A stretch of 64,000 nt of DNA, from the NCBI GenBank assembly GCA_043228905.1, contig JBHGNT010000017.1:18042001-18106000 (forward strand), read 5' to 3'. Positions 1 through 13,014 of this stretch are shown one piece after another. Below the pieces are notes generated by a model. It ran no database searches. It was not told the DNA's origin and saw only the letters and a list, made by a program, of their open reading frames with translations. A program made the translations under genes and the position numbers. Position 1 is the stretch's first letter; the number at the start of each line of letters is the position of its first letter. The DNA comes from Azolla caroliniana. Its lineage: Eukaryota > Plantae > Polypodiophyta.

Positions 1-418
1 AAGATCAACCGCGAGTCGCATTCTTGTGCTCATATGCCAAGGGAGAAACCATAGTGATTGAAGATATTGCATATCTTGGAACTTCAATCCACGACAAATT
101 TCCCTATTCGGGTCCTTGCTTCCAGTAAGTGTTTCCTTTCTATGAAAATGATCCACCTTGTTCTTTGCATAGAATTGAAATTTTAGTGATATCGGTCTAT
201 GAACATATGTTGCCTTTTTTGATCTTTCTTTGTGCATTTTGTGTTTTGTATTGTCCAGGGACTTGAATGATAACTTGAAACAGGTTTTCCAGAGTGTGCT
301 CAAGGCTAGAGGTATCAACTCAAGCCTAGCTGAAACTATAGTGGAACATTTAACAAATCAGTACCAAGATGAATATATTGGGTGGTTAAAGAAAGTTCGA
401 GATTTTCTTGTTCGCTGA
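1..418 (+). CDS. 3' end of a mitochondrial glycoprotein (MAM33/C1QBP-family) gene; exons <1-124 and 259-418
   Basis: GT-AG intron 125-258 joins ...PYSGPCFQ|DLNDNLKQVFQSVLKARGINSSLAETIVEHLTNQYQDEYIGWLKKVRDFLVR*, matching the family C-terminal pattern YxGPxF..L...L...RGI...EY..WL..V..F. Confidence 0.7.
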
Positions 419-814
419 AAGTGCTTAAGGGTTATTAAATGTGAAAAGCTTCGGGGATCACCATTGAATCAGTGTGTGGACGAAGGCAGCCATAACATAA
501 CATCACCTCGGTTGCTTAGAATCAATGATAATGTAATACCTTTGGTTGATTTGGGGTTACAAACATACAATTTTGTAATTTTGGATTTTGTTTTGTTGAT
601 TTGCGGGCACTCATATTTTCTTGTTTTTTGGTTTGTACAAACTTGATGGTTTGTACAAACTTGACGCCGTTCTGGTGATACCATTCTTTATAATCGATGA
701 ATTTGAGAACCAAGGAAGCCCTCAGTCCGCATATCAGCAAATCAATCAAGCAGTAAGCCCATATTCACAATAATTGGATGGACTCTTTTTCAAACCTTCT
801 GTTTTGAAACATTT

Positions 815-914
815 NNNNNNNNNNNNNNNNNNNNNNNNNNNNNNNNNNNNNNNNNNNNNNNNNNNNNNNNNNNNNNNNNNNNNNNNNNNNNNNNNNNNNN
901 NNNNNNNNNNNNNN
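815..914. other. Assembly gap (100 N)
   Basis: Run of N. Confidence 1.
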
Positions 915-3900
915 AGCCCAGTCAGCATCGGTGTAGCCGACTAACTGCGCGGCTGCACCGGTCCGATATAGCAGTCCCCGGTCCTTAGTGCCGTTGACAT
1001 ACCGAAGTATGCGTTGCGCACACTGAAGGTGTTCCTCGGTAGGTTGCGCCATGAACTGACTGATCACTCCGACCGGATAACTGAGGTCGGGTCGGGTGAT
1101 GGTCAAGTATATGAGGCTTCCGACAATTTGTCGGAACCTCATCGGGTCGCATACCGTTCCCGTATCGGGACGAAGCTTGACGGTTCTGTCCAGAGGAGTC
1201 GAGACTGACTTACAGTCAGCCATCCCGAATTTGAAGAGCATACTCAGCACGTAGTGACGTTGGCTAATCAATATGCCTTCGGGGGTACGGATCACTTCGA
1301 TCCCGAGGAAGTAATGAAGGTCCCCCAGATCCTTCATGTCGAATGATGCTGCAAGCTGGAGCTTCACGCGGTCGATTTCACGTAGGTCGGCGCCAATGAT
1401 GACCAAGTCATCAACATATAGTAAAATACTGACTGGTCCGAGTCGACCTTTCCGGATGAACAGGGAAGAGTCCGATTTTGACGTGACGAAGCCCATCCGA
1501 CGCAGTTGTTGCGTGATCTTCACGTTCCAGACACGCGGGGCTTGCTTCAGTCCGTAAAGGGACTTCTTCAGTCGGCATACTGCCGAGGAGTTCGTTCCAG
1601 AGTGAAATCCGGGAGGCTGTACCATGTACACCTGTTCCTCAAGGTCACCTTGCAGGAACGCATTCTTTACATCCATCTGATGTAAGTGCCACCCCTTCAC
1701 CGCAGCTACTGCGAGCAAAACACGGATGGTCGTCATTTTCGCGACCGGCGTAAACGTCTCTTCGTAGTCGATGCCGTGTTTCTGCGCGTAGCCCTTTGCC
1801 ACTAGCCGAGCCTTGTACCGGTTGACCGAGCCATCGGTGTTGTACTTGACCTTGTACACCCACCTACACCTGATCGGTTTTACTCCTCTTGGTGCGTCAA
1901 CCAGGTCCCAGGTCTCGTTCTCCGCCAATGCGTGCAACTCTTCCTCCATCGCGGCACGCCAATTCGCGTCTTTAGCCGCTTCTGCGTAGCTCTCCGGCTC
2001 ACGCACTTCCGCTACACGGGTCATGTACGCATAATGATGCGCCATGTACTCGTTGTATCCGAACCACAAAACAAGATTCTTCTGGCGGGTAGATCGGCGT
2101 AATCTCACATTAGCCGATGTCGAGGCCTTCTCGGTTGACGCGGTCTTCACCTTTAAAGACCCGTCATCGGTTCCCTCGGAGTCGGACTCGCATCGGTCTG
2201 ACTCGTTCCTATCCGTGCCGGAATCCGATACCTTCTTCTTCCCTTTCTCTTTGCGTGTAAGCCGTCTCCTCGGCTTCCTGCGCGGGGAATGCACGACCGA
2301 GTCTCCACTACTCGCCGACTCTTCATCGGACTGGTCGTACCGACTCAATTGTCCAATCGGTCCACTTAAACGGAGTGAAATCGGACTCTCTTCGCGGGTC
2401 TCGATTTCGGGCTCATCCGGAGGCATCTCGGCCTCGCCGACCTCATCGTCAGAGCTCGGATTGGAGTTGGGGTTCGGAGTCGGGGGCTGGTACTAGGACG
2501 CGGACTCGTCAAACACAACGTCGCGGCTAACACACGCTTGTTGTGCGAGGGTTATAGCACTTATAACCCTTCTACTCGTCCGAGTAACCGACCAAGATGC
2601 ATTTCTCGGCCTTTGCGTCCAGCTTCCTCCTTTTCTCCTTCGGTACATGCACATACGCAATGCTACCGAACACCCTCAAGTGTCGCAAGTTCGGCTTCGT
2701 TCCGAAATACAGCTCGTGCGCCGACACTTTGTCTCCGATCCAGTTCTGGATGTATACCGCGGTCCTTACCGCCTCAGCCCAGTAGAACTTGGGCAAACTC
2801 TTCTCCTCCAACATTGCCCGTGCCGCTTCCACAACTGACCGATTCTTCCTCTCGGCCACGCCGTTCTGCTCTGGCGTGTATCTACAACTGAATTCGCGCC
2901 GAATTCCCATTTGTTGTAGATAACCGTTGAATTGACCAGAAAAGTACTCTTTTCCGCCATCCGACCGCAGGCACTTGATCTTCCGTCCCGTTTCCGTTTC
3001 CACGAACCCTTTGAGGTCCCGGAAATAGTCGAAGACTTCACTCTTCCTCTCAATGAGGTAGATCCACGTGTGCTGCGTGTGGTCGTCGATGAATGAGATG
3101 AAATATCGGCTCCCGCCAAGACTAACGTTTTGTGCCAGCCCCCATACATCGGAGTGTATAAGGTCGAGCTTATTCCGGCTCCGGTTTAGCTCGTTGGGGA
3201 AAGGAAGTCGGTGTTGCTTCCCGAGCTGGCAGGCTTCACAAATTTGTGCCTTTCGGCCACTAAATTTGGGCAATCCGAACACTACCTGTTTCGATTGGAG
3301 ATCTTGAAGCCGCTGGTAGTTGACGTGGCCTATCCGCTTGTGCCACAAGTCGATGTCCGACTCGGTTTTCTTCCCTTCGCGAACATTGCGGTGCCGCCGT
3401 CAGTGGAGTCGAGGATGAACATCCTCCCATCTCTGTGCCCTTGCGCAATCACACGGCCTTCTTCCTCAATGAAGCACCCGAGGTGTGTAAACCGAACCTC
3501 CATCCCTTGGTCGACGATCTGTCCGACCGAGACCAAGCTCTTCGTGATTGTCGGAACGTGCAGCACGTTCATGAGTTTCCCTTTCTGCCCGACATGGCTA
3601 AGGGGAACTTCTCCGACATTCGCGATCGGATGCGGAGTGTCGTCTCTAGTTGCGACTACTCCAGGTTGTATCGGTTTTTCAAGGTACGAGAACCACTCCT
3701 TATGGCTCGTCATGTGGTTTGACGCGCCGGAGTCTACGTACCACACCTCGTCCAATCTCGGGGTGATCCGTTTCATTGACTTTGCTTTGTGTCTCGTCAC
3801 GAAGGCAGACCCTTCTCTGGCTCTCTCGGAGTCTTCGGCGTAGTGTGATCGCTGCCGATTTCCCTTGTCGGTATGTCCAGAGCCGTTTCCGGAACTGGTT

Positions 3901-4550
3901 CTCTCTGAATCGGCGCGCTTCTTCTAGCACTCACTTTCCCTGTGGCCTTTCTTGCCACAGTACCAGCACTCCGCGATGGCCTTCCCTTGCCGATTCTCAT
4001 CGCTTCGACTCCCCCTGTTTCCGGAGGGTCCGGAGTTGCTGTCGGCATCACTTCGGTGCCTTCTTCCTTGATCTCGTCGGCCGCCTCCATTGCGTGCCGA
4101 CTCGCCTCGTCCTCCACGTCCACGGGGCCTATCTCCCTCCGTGTACAACATTCTGCTGTTGGTGTGCGTGCTTGTAGACGCACCCGCGTGGTTCTCCTCT
4201 ACCAGGAGCATTGACTGTAAGTCGAAAAAGGACGGCGTATTCTCCCGGGTACACACAGCCGTCCGGAACGCTCCGAACTTCGACGCCAAACCTCCGAGAC
4301 AGATCTGGACCATCTCACTCTCCTCGATGTTCACCTTTATGGAGGCGAGGGAGTCGCAAATATCCTTGATCTTCGAGGTATAGTCCGCCACCGACGAGTC
4401 GCGTTGTCGTAGGTTGCTCAACTCCTGTCGGAGCTGAAGCTTCTTGGCTGTGGTGCTCGCGGCGAAGATCTTCTTCAGATTTTCCCACACACCATTCGGC
4501 GTCATTGCATCCCGAACATAGCTCAATAGTTGTTCGCCCACACACGACGC
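915..4550 (-). pseudogene. Copia-1 gag-pol (gag zinc knuckle, protease, integrase, RT, start of RNase H) with premature stops and frameshifts
   Basis: CWYCGKKGHRESEC; WYVDSGASNH; WHKRIGH, HSDVWG, SDGGKEY, EQNGVAERKNR; HQMDVKNAFL, SLYGLKQ, YVDD, YTDADWA. Confidence 0.95.
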
Positions 4551-5227
4551 TGTCGGGGTAGTTGTGGTTCGTGCGGCAAAGTCGCGGGGACTAAGGTTAA
4601 GGGGAGTTGAAGAAACTTAACTTTTAATAAGGCTTGTATGGTGATGATAGAGTGGTTAAGGATAGCAAGAAGAAGAGTTACGAGTAATGTGTGTGTGTGT
4701 GCGAGAGAGAGAGATGAGCATAGATAAAAGATAGAGACAATGTATGCTTCAAGAAAGAAGATTGAGACAAAGTATGATTTAATAAGGAAGATTGAGACAA
4801 AGTATGAATCAAGAAGCAAGAGTATTTGATATAAACATGATGTATATTAAAAAGACAATATTTTACCAACTTTACAATCCTTGATCGCAAACTGAACACA
4901 TTCTCTACCGACCCTTGATTCGAACTCTTGACTCCAACTTGGAAACACGAGCCTCTTCACCAACAAGCTAACTTGTTTGTTTTTGTGATTATCTTATTTC
5001 TCTAACTTTCTCTTGATTCCCCTCCTTGTTTTCCCTTTCCCCTCTTTATATAAGTGTTGCCATGCATATGGTAATGTATGGGAGCATGGCATGCATGCAA
5101 TGCATGAGTTACATGTAATGCATGATCGCCATTTGGCGCACATGCATTGCATGTGATGAATGATGGCTATGTATGAAAATAGATATGAGATAATTATAAT
5201 GATGAAAATGCATTCTAAAATAACTAA

Positions 5228-5290
5228 CCTAGCTTAGTGGTGTATGCTTGGTGCTTGGTATACAAGGTTGAGGGTTCAAGTTCCTCAATT
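5228..5290 (+). promoter_or_regulatory. tRNA-like Pol III A/B-box unit in the element A 3' LTR (copies at ~11651-11712 and ~11787-11846 in the 5' LTR)
   Basis: A box TAGCTTAGTGG; T-arm GAGGG-TTCAAGT-TCCTC about 44 nt downstream; antisense to the element. Confidence 0.55.
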
Positions 5291-5391
5291 TTACTTAATA
5301 CAATATATAGCTTCATTCTTATATCATGAAGCACATTTATTACACACTTTTACAACATTTAAGCTCATTTTTATATCGTGAAGCACATTCT

Positions 5392-8300
5392 TCACGACAC
5401 CCACCCCCTCTGAACTTGCACATTGGTTGTGCAGAGTTCATCCAACACTTCTTCCGATTCTTTTAGTTCTTCTACTTCTTCATAAAATTGAGGCTCTAAT
5501 GACTCCCTCCTTTTAAATATTTTAATCCTTTTTCCTGCAATTGGGATACGAATTTCTGTCCCATCTAATTCATTGAGGAAATATGTGGCTTTATTTGTTA
5601 TTTTCCTAACTTCATAAGGTCCAAACCATCTTTTTGCAAACTTCCGAATAGTACTGTATTGATTATCTAGGCTATTATCATATACTAATACCCAATCTCC
5701 CTCTTGCACCTTTCTTGGTCGTATTCTTTTCATCTTGTCAAATCTGTCCTTATTCTTGATTCTTGCCTCTTTCAATCTAGTAGCTGCTTTTTCTATGTCT
5801 TCTATCCTTGATTGAAGTTGTCGTATTCGAACTGCAAGTAAATCTTCCCTACTCATTTCCGATTCCCAAGGCAACACAACCCATGTAGTTATCTTTTCTT
5901 CAATTGGCATTATTGGCTTCTGTCCTGTGATTAATTCTGCAGGCATATATCCAGTAACAGTGTTGTGAGTTGTCCTATCAGCCCATAGTGCATAGGGTAA
6001 GGTTTTTGGCCAATCACTAACCCGTCCTCTACATGCCTTTGCCAAAGCTTTGACTATTGGCCCATGTCCCCTTTCTACCTTTCCATTAGCTTCTGGATTG
6101 TACGCTGTTGTCAAAGAAAGCCGAATTCCTATTTTGTCGAAAAAATCTTGAGCTTCCGCAGAATTGAGTTCTCCCCTATCTGCCACTATCTTCCCGATAC
6201 ATCCATATCTACAAACAATGTCCTCCAAGATGAATTGACATACTCCTAATGTCCCTTTTGTTCGCAATGAACGACCTTCCACTTGATTTGTTAGATCTTC
6301 TCTAGCAAGAACCAAGTATCTCTTTTGTCCTACTCCAAGTGGCATTGTTACCAAATCTATCATCCACTTGTAATGCACCCCCGGTGAGTATGTTGGGTGT
6401 AATTCATCACAAAATTTTACATTTGAATAATATTGACAAGTGGGACAAGTTTCCACATACTTTTTTATTTGCTCATAGTATCGAGGCCACCAAAATCATT
6501 CTTTAATCTTACTGAAAGTGGCCCACACTCCTCGATGACCAGCCCATTCTTTGTCATGCAACTCTCTGATTATCTCCTTTCTTTGCCCTTCAGAACCTAT
6601 TACTCTTTGCGGGTTTCCAGTCTTGGTTTCTTTGCGGGTTTTCGGATGTCGCCATAGATATCCTTCATGTAGGAAGAACTTATGGGCTTTCTTGCGAAAC
6701 TGTGCGAACTCTTTTCCAGATCGACCTTTGTACTTGTCAGGGGTTTGTAGGTATTTCCCTATTTCCTTGAATTCTTCTTCATACTCTTCTTCTAGAAACT
6801 GCATTCCTCCTTCCCGAGTAATGCTTGTGGTAAGGACTGTTTGTTCTTTGTCCTCATCGTCCGAGTCTGGAATCTCCTCTTCCTCTTGATAACATATCTG
6901 CTATTGCATTTCTATTCCCAGAGATATGTTGAACTTCAGGGTTGATTGATCTAATATAGATACACCATCTTAACATGGCTTGATCTGGAATATCACAATT
7001 AGCTATGATACCCAGAATAGGCAAACAATCAGTTTCTATTATTACTTCAGCACCAATTAAGTAATCTTTGTCTGTCTTTACAGCTGTTACTATCCCCCAT
7101 AGCTCTCTCTTCACCTGTGCATATTTTCTTTGTCGACCACTAAGAACCTTTGCCCCGAATCGGACTGGATACCTTTCTTCCCTATCTTGTTGGCTTATCA
7201 CCCATCCAATTCCAATGGGACTAGAGTCTACTGTGAGATATATGGGCCGGGTGTAGTCTGGTTGCTTTAATGGTGGAGCTTGTGCCAAGTAGTACTTCAA
7301 TTTCTTCATTGCCTCTGAATGCTCTTCACTCCATTCAAATGTCTCTCCTTTTCTTAGGAGTCTATATAAAGGTTCAGATAAATGGGCATAATGCGGAATC
7401 CATTTACAGTAAAAAACACATACCCCCAGAAACCTTCGTACTTCTGAGATGGATGTACATTCCTCTTGCATATTTTGAATTGCATTGACCTTGGTTGGGG
7501 ATGGCTTTCTCCCATACGGGCCACACATATGACCAACTATTAATATCTCTTTTGCCCCAAATATTGACTTCGCCCCTGATAAGGTCAAATGCACTTCTTC
7601 CATCCTTGATAGCACCTTCTCACAATCCTTGATATGATCAGCAACGAATTGACGGCAACCACTTTCGTCCAATTCCTCGTTCTTCTCTTCCTCCTTGCAT
7701 CCCTTAATTGGAACATCATCTAGAAAAGGCATTGTAATATGAGGAATAAAATCACGAAGTACCTTGTTCATTCCATTCATCATATACGCCACTGAGTTGG
7801 TCGCTCCTTGCGGCAAGGTGCACATCCGTACTAACCCTATAGGTGTCTTGATAGAAGTTATATCTCGACTTTTGATAGCAAGTTGAAATTGATCATACCC
7901 GGAATAAAGGTCTCCCATTGAATATATAGCTCTTCCTGCAAACATCTCAGCAAACTCATCCACAATTGGCCCTACTCCCGAGTTTCGGATTGTTACCTTA
8001 TTCACGGGTTGCATATCTTGGATAAATCGGAGTCGCCCATCTTTCTTTAACACGGTGAACCATCGACTCGAGTAAGGAGCGTTTGATGGTTCCAAGATAC
8101 CCATCCTTATCTTTTCTTTCAAAAGTTCTAATAGTTGAGGGATTCTAGCCCTAGGCATGGGTATTGGCTTAAAGTTCCATGGAATATGAGGGATAGTGAA
8201 TATAACCATGGGCTCCACAATTTCTGGATCCACACACCCTATTTCCTCCGGTTGGAATGCGAACGCCTTTCCATGCCTTTTTAACATCTCCCTGAACTGC

Positions 8301-8905
8301 TTTTCTTCAGCGGGTAATAGGAAGTCACCCCCTCCTATTTTCATCCCTTGTATTGTTTCCGGAGTAAACACATGTCCTACCTTTCGTGGGTCTCTGATCA
8401 TTGGCTCTGTGGCTGCTTCTTTGATTGCCTTTTCACTATCCCCTGGAAGTGGAGCAGCAATAGGACGAACCTTCTTCTCCACTGTCTTGTACTTTGTTGG
8501 TACATGTGCTTCATGATCCTTTCGAGCAACTTCTTCAATGACCTCATACATCTTGATTGAATGGACAGGAACTTGGATTTCGTTGTCTTCTTCCATTGCT
8601 TCCAAATGAGTTATTGTATCTTCAAAACTTAATTCTTCAAACATATCCTGAATTTCTTCATCATCATCTATTAATCCAGAACACTTAAAGTACTCGAAAG
8701 CATTTTGTATTTTATTATTATTTACTTTTAGTATAAAAGTAGCACCATTAGATGAGATTGTACAAGGAATATCTTTATTTACATTATTATTTATGGGGTT
8801 TTCTTTTATGCTCGGGCTATCACAGCCCCTACCTGTAAAAGCCCTATCTAAAAATCCTGGGAAAACTCTACATCCATCTCTTGAATTGGATGTTCCCTCA
8901 AGCAT
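5392..8905 (-). pseudogene. Element A RT-RNase H-integrase (one frameshift near 6870, one TGA at 6496)
   Basis: MGDLYSGYDQ, LPQGATNS, FLDD; RNase H TVDSS, KRELWG, ETDC; integrase H-H-C-C, MIDLV, ADRG, ANGKVERGH, GPY; no chromodomain. Confidence 0.9.
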
Positions 8906-10962
8906 TCTTTGTTTCTTTCATGGTTGGGCCTCACGGTTAAGAATTGGACAGTCTTTCTTCCATCTTGACTCTTGATTCTCGCGAAAGCCGAACCATCATC
9001 AATAACCTTTGTTTCCATCCTCACTGCGGTGATGTAGGGCTGGCCAAGGATGATGGGGTAGGTTGATCGATCCTGCACAAAGAAATTTTGATTCACCGAG
9101 ACATCACCAATTGTTACCTTCACACTAGGACATGCTCCGAATAGATCCTCCATAGTTTCTGTGGCAACTCTTATTTTCCACCCATGATTCTTATCGATCG
9201 GCCATCGTCCTCGAGCGTAAAATTCCGATGACATCATGTTAATCTCTGATCCATGATCGATCAAAGCAATACATGGAATTTGCTGCTCCCCAATTTTTGC
9301 AGGTGCCTCCGTTGTTGCTCAAGCCCAATGGTCCCTTGTATAGTGACTCCTATCCCCTTCATGGACGCCAACATCATTCTGGTTTTTTACACTTGCAGCA
9401 TTGATGGTGCCACCATACAAATCTTGGAGTGTTGCTGCACACCCTCCCGTAATTTCCTCCGTCACCTGTCTCTTCCTTCTAATAATATCTATGATAACTT
9501 CATGAAATTCTTTCTTTGCTATACCCAACACTTCTCTTAAAGTAAATTCTACCTTACTATTTAATATTCTTGTTTCTAGTACCTTTTTTATATCCGTCGT
9601 TGTTTCTATGTCTGAGGCAAGCTTGAAAGATGGGCCTGTCTTTCCTTTTACTTTATCAGCTTCCTTCGGCTCAATAGCACCCTTTTCCATCTCCCTTCTC
9701 TTTTGTTCTCGTGTCTCATGTCTCTTTGTCGGATCAGCTTCCTCAGCTCTCTTCCGCTTCTCTTCCACTAGCACATCTTGTGCACTCACTTGGGCGAATG
9801 CTGATAGCGCGTCTACTGGATCATTCCATCCAGTGAAGTTTCGTATTTCATCTCCCGCTCTTTTTAATTCATCCACTCGAACCTTCCCTTTTCTTGCATA
9901 ATCCATCACATCTTGCCAAAAGCCAGATCCACCATATGAGTCTTCTACGCACAATCCTAAGGTTGCCACGGATTGTATCGCTTGAGTCGTTTCTCTCTCG
10001 GCATCTTCCATTAGCCTTTTCATTCCTCCTCACCCGAAGTTGAGTTGAAGTGGTTGTCGAGTCTCAGTTGAGTGAATCTTGCCATCTTGATAGTAGATTT
10101 TATTATGATTAAGAGCATCCCTATGCTCTTGACAATCTTTCTTCTGGTGGTCGATACTATCACACCACATACACCTTCGAACCATTCCACCTCCCTGCCT
10201 TGATGAAGTCGAGCTTTGTCCCGATTCTAGCTTCGTCACTTTGATCGACAAGTCTTTCATGCCTTTCACTAATTCGTGTAAGAGTGATTCTTCTACTTTC
10301 TTTTCTCCCGACTCGTTCCCCGTTTCTTCATCATTTCTGTCGGGCAACTCCATAAACCATAACTTTCTTTTGCAGAAATGGGCGCACGCCCTTTTCACCT
10401 CCTCCCAATCTTCGGTAAGTCCACTTGGACTATTCTGATCTTCTAAAAGCATTCCCAAGTCCTTCCTGTCTTTAATATTAGTAGCTTGTAGAAACAATAT
10501 TACTTTATCTGGCACTATTATATTTCTATCTCTAACATTTAGTTGCTCAAATCTTTCAGAAAACTCTTTTAATACTTCCAAAACACTTAAATGTTTATTA
10601 GACTCTACCCAATCCATGAAAGCTCGCCTTGTCATCCTTGACATATCGTTGAGGTTGTATTCATTGAGTAATGCCCTTTCGAATGTTGTCCATGTCTGAT
10701 TCTCCCTTTGAAGATCTTGGATCCTCTCTTGTAGCCCAATCGCAGCGACTCGACTAAAGCTATTAATTTTTGTAGCTTCGTCGACACCGCGTTTAAGCAT
10801 TTCTTCATTATAAATCTTCAGAAATCTTGTTAAATTTATACCTTCGAAGATTCCTACTCGTGCGAGAATATTGTCGACGGCTTTGTCGATGCTTGCCATC
10901 ATCCCTTGTTCCCGCATCACTCGTTCCATCATTGTACACATAAGCCTCATTTGCTCCTCCAT
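8848..10962 (-). pseudogene. Element A gag-protease frame with two in-frame TGA stops
   Basis: ORFs 10962-10030, 10023-9319 and 9264-8848 share one frame; CMWCDSIDHQKKDC knuckle; IDHGSEIN protease motif. Confidence 0.85.
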
Positions 10963-12848
10963 TTCTCCTCGTCGCCGCCTTCACGTTGGGTTCACCAAAT
11001 GTGTCGGGGTAGTTGTGGTTCGTACGGCAAAGTCGCGGGGACTAAGGTTAAGGGGAGTTGAAGAAACTTAACTTTTAATAAGGCTTGTATGGTGATGATA
11101 GAGTGGTTAAGGATAGCAAGAAGAAGAGTTACGAGTAATGTGTGTGTGTGTGTGCGAGAGAGAGAGATGAGCATAGATAAAAGATAGAGACAATGTATGC
11201 TTCAAGAAAGAAGATTGAGACAAAGTATGAATCAAGAAGCAAGAGTATTTGATATAAACATGATGTATATTAAAAAGACAATATTTTACCAACTTTACAA
11301 TCCTTGATCGCAAACTGAACACATTCTCTACCGACCCTTGATTCGAACTCTTGACTCCAACTTGGAAACACGAGCCTCTTCACCAACAAGCTAACTTGTT
11401 TGTTTTTGTGATTATCTTATTTCTCTAACTTTCTCTTGATTCCCCTCCTTGTTTTCCCTTTCCCCTCTTTATATAAGTGTTGCCATGCATATGGTAATGT
11501 ATGGGAGCATGGCATGCATGCAATGCATGAGTTACATGTAATGCATGATCGCCATTTGGCGCACATGCATTGCATGTGATGAATGATGGCTATGTATGAA
11601 AATAGATATGAGATAATTATAATGATGAAAATGCATTCTAAAATAACTAACCTAGCTTAGTGGTGTATGCTTGGTGCTTGGTATACAAGGTTGAGGGTTC
11701 AAGTTCCTCAATTTTACTTAATACAATATATAGCTTCATTCTTATATCATGAAGCACATTTATTACACACTTTTACAAATAAATAGCTTAGCCTAGTGGT
11801 ATGTACATTGTACATCGTATATAAGGATGTGGGTTCAAGTCTCTCAAATATTATTAAATACAACATTTAAGCTCATTTTTATATCGTGAAGCACATTCTT
11901 CACGACAACGCGAAGCAGTATAATACCCTGCTCACCGATTGCTCCCATGACGGGAAGTCTCTATGTGTCGATTCGGGTGCCGCGTCATTAGCTCCTTTGA
12001 CATAACTCCAATAGTCGTGCCCGAGCAGGTACTGGTGCATCTTGTAAGACCAAGACGCGTAGTTGGTTCTGTCGAGCTTCTCTGTTGGAAGCGAGCTCGC
12101 CATGCCTCTATCCATTGTTCTTGTTCTTCTTCGTCAAGCTGTGTCGGCTGCAGAGAGGTTCTCAACCCTTGCGCTCTGATACCATGTAAAAAGTAACGTG
12201 CGGAAGCAAGTATGAAGACCGAACAGAAGGAAGAAAACTCAGGTTTAATGGAGAGCTTGAGCTTACGCAGTATACGTAGTATACGCTGTCGTGCCTTTCG
12301 GCTTCGGATCGTTGCGTGAGTCGGGTGGGAACCGCTGGGGTTTTGGACTAGGAAGAGGAGAGTTTTAAGGCTAATAAGAATATAAATATGTTGTAAGAAA
12401 GAGTTATAGCAAACTCGTGAATCCCACGAGTGTATTGTATTAGATTAATCAATATGAATATAAGAATATAAACTTCGGTTGAAAGAGAATGATATAGAAT
12501 TCTCGTGAATCCCACGAGTATAGTTTATTAATTGGTGTTTTTTAGAAACATATCCAGTTTCCAAATATTTTTCACACACAATTACATTGTGCTTCCCATC
12601 CTTATGTAGTGATGAGGAAGTCTTAGTAATCCATGCTTTTTCTCTAACTATAGACCCCATGCTTTTCCTATAGATAGACTATATGCTTTATCTAAAGTGA
12701 TCATGCTTTTTCTAACTTGTGCGTTTTTTATCATGCACGCTAGATGTGTATGTGTAGCTTTTTCTTTTGTTATGCGTTTTTCTAATGTTTATCCTAGCGT
12801 GAATTTACCTTTCTATGTGGGACATCTATGCTTTAACACTAATGAAAT

Positions 12849-12910
12849 GCTAGTGTAATGGTAAGACATTACATTATTAACATGGAGGTGCAAGGTTCGA
12901 ATCTTGCCCT
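12849..12910 (+). promoter_or_regulatory. tRNA-like Pol III A/B-box unit in the element B LTR (copies ~15640-15700 and ~19568-19628)
   Basis: TAGTGTAATGGTAAGACA ... GCAAG-GTTCGAAT-CTTGC with tRNA-like spacing. Confidence 0.55.
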
Positions 12911-13014
12911 ATACATGTTCCATTTATTTTGCTATTTTCTTCTATTTCTTCATTTTTTATTGAATCTAATACTATATACGTTTTTCACGTAGTGTACAAA
13001 ATACACTACGACAC

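Larger units (their letters stand above)
4551..11907 (-). mobile_element. Element A: Ty3/gypsy non-chromovirus (Phygy/Selgy-like by inference), full length, inserted in Copia-1 gag
   Basis: LTRs 4551-5399 and 11002-11907 (TGTCG...CGACA); 4-bp TSD ACGC (4547-4550 / 11908-11911); PBS 10981-10997 complementary to the tRNA-Trp 3' end; gag-PR-RT-RH-INT order. Confidence 0.95.

Noticed and set aside
811-814. ATTT before the gap as the left TSD of Copia-1 (right flank ATTTA)
   Set aside because: The upstream sequence is not the expected chromovirus host and the gap size is unknown; likely chance.
765-2426. 553-aa ORF as a complete gene
   Set aside because: It reads through the N gap; it is a fragment of the Copia-1 RT.
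5228-12910. Functional tRNA genes in the LTRs
   Set aside because: No convincing acceptor stem or anticodon arm; kept only as tRNA-like promoter units.
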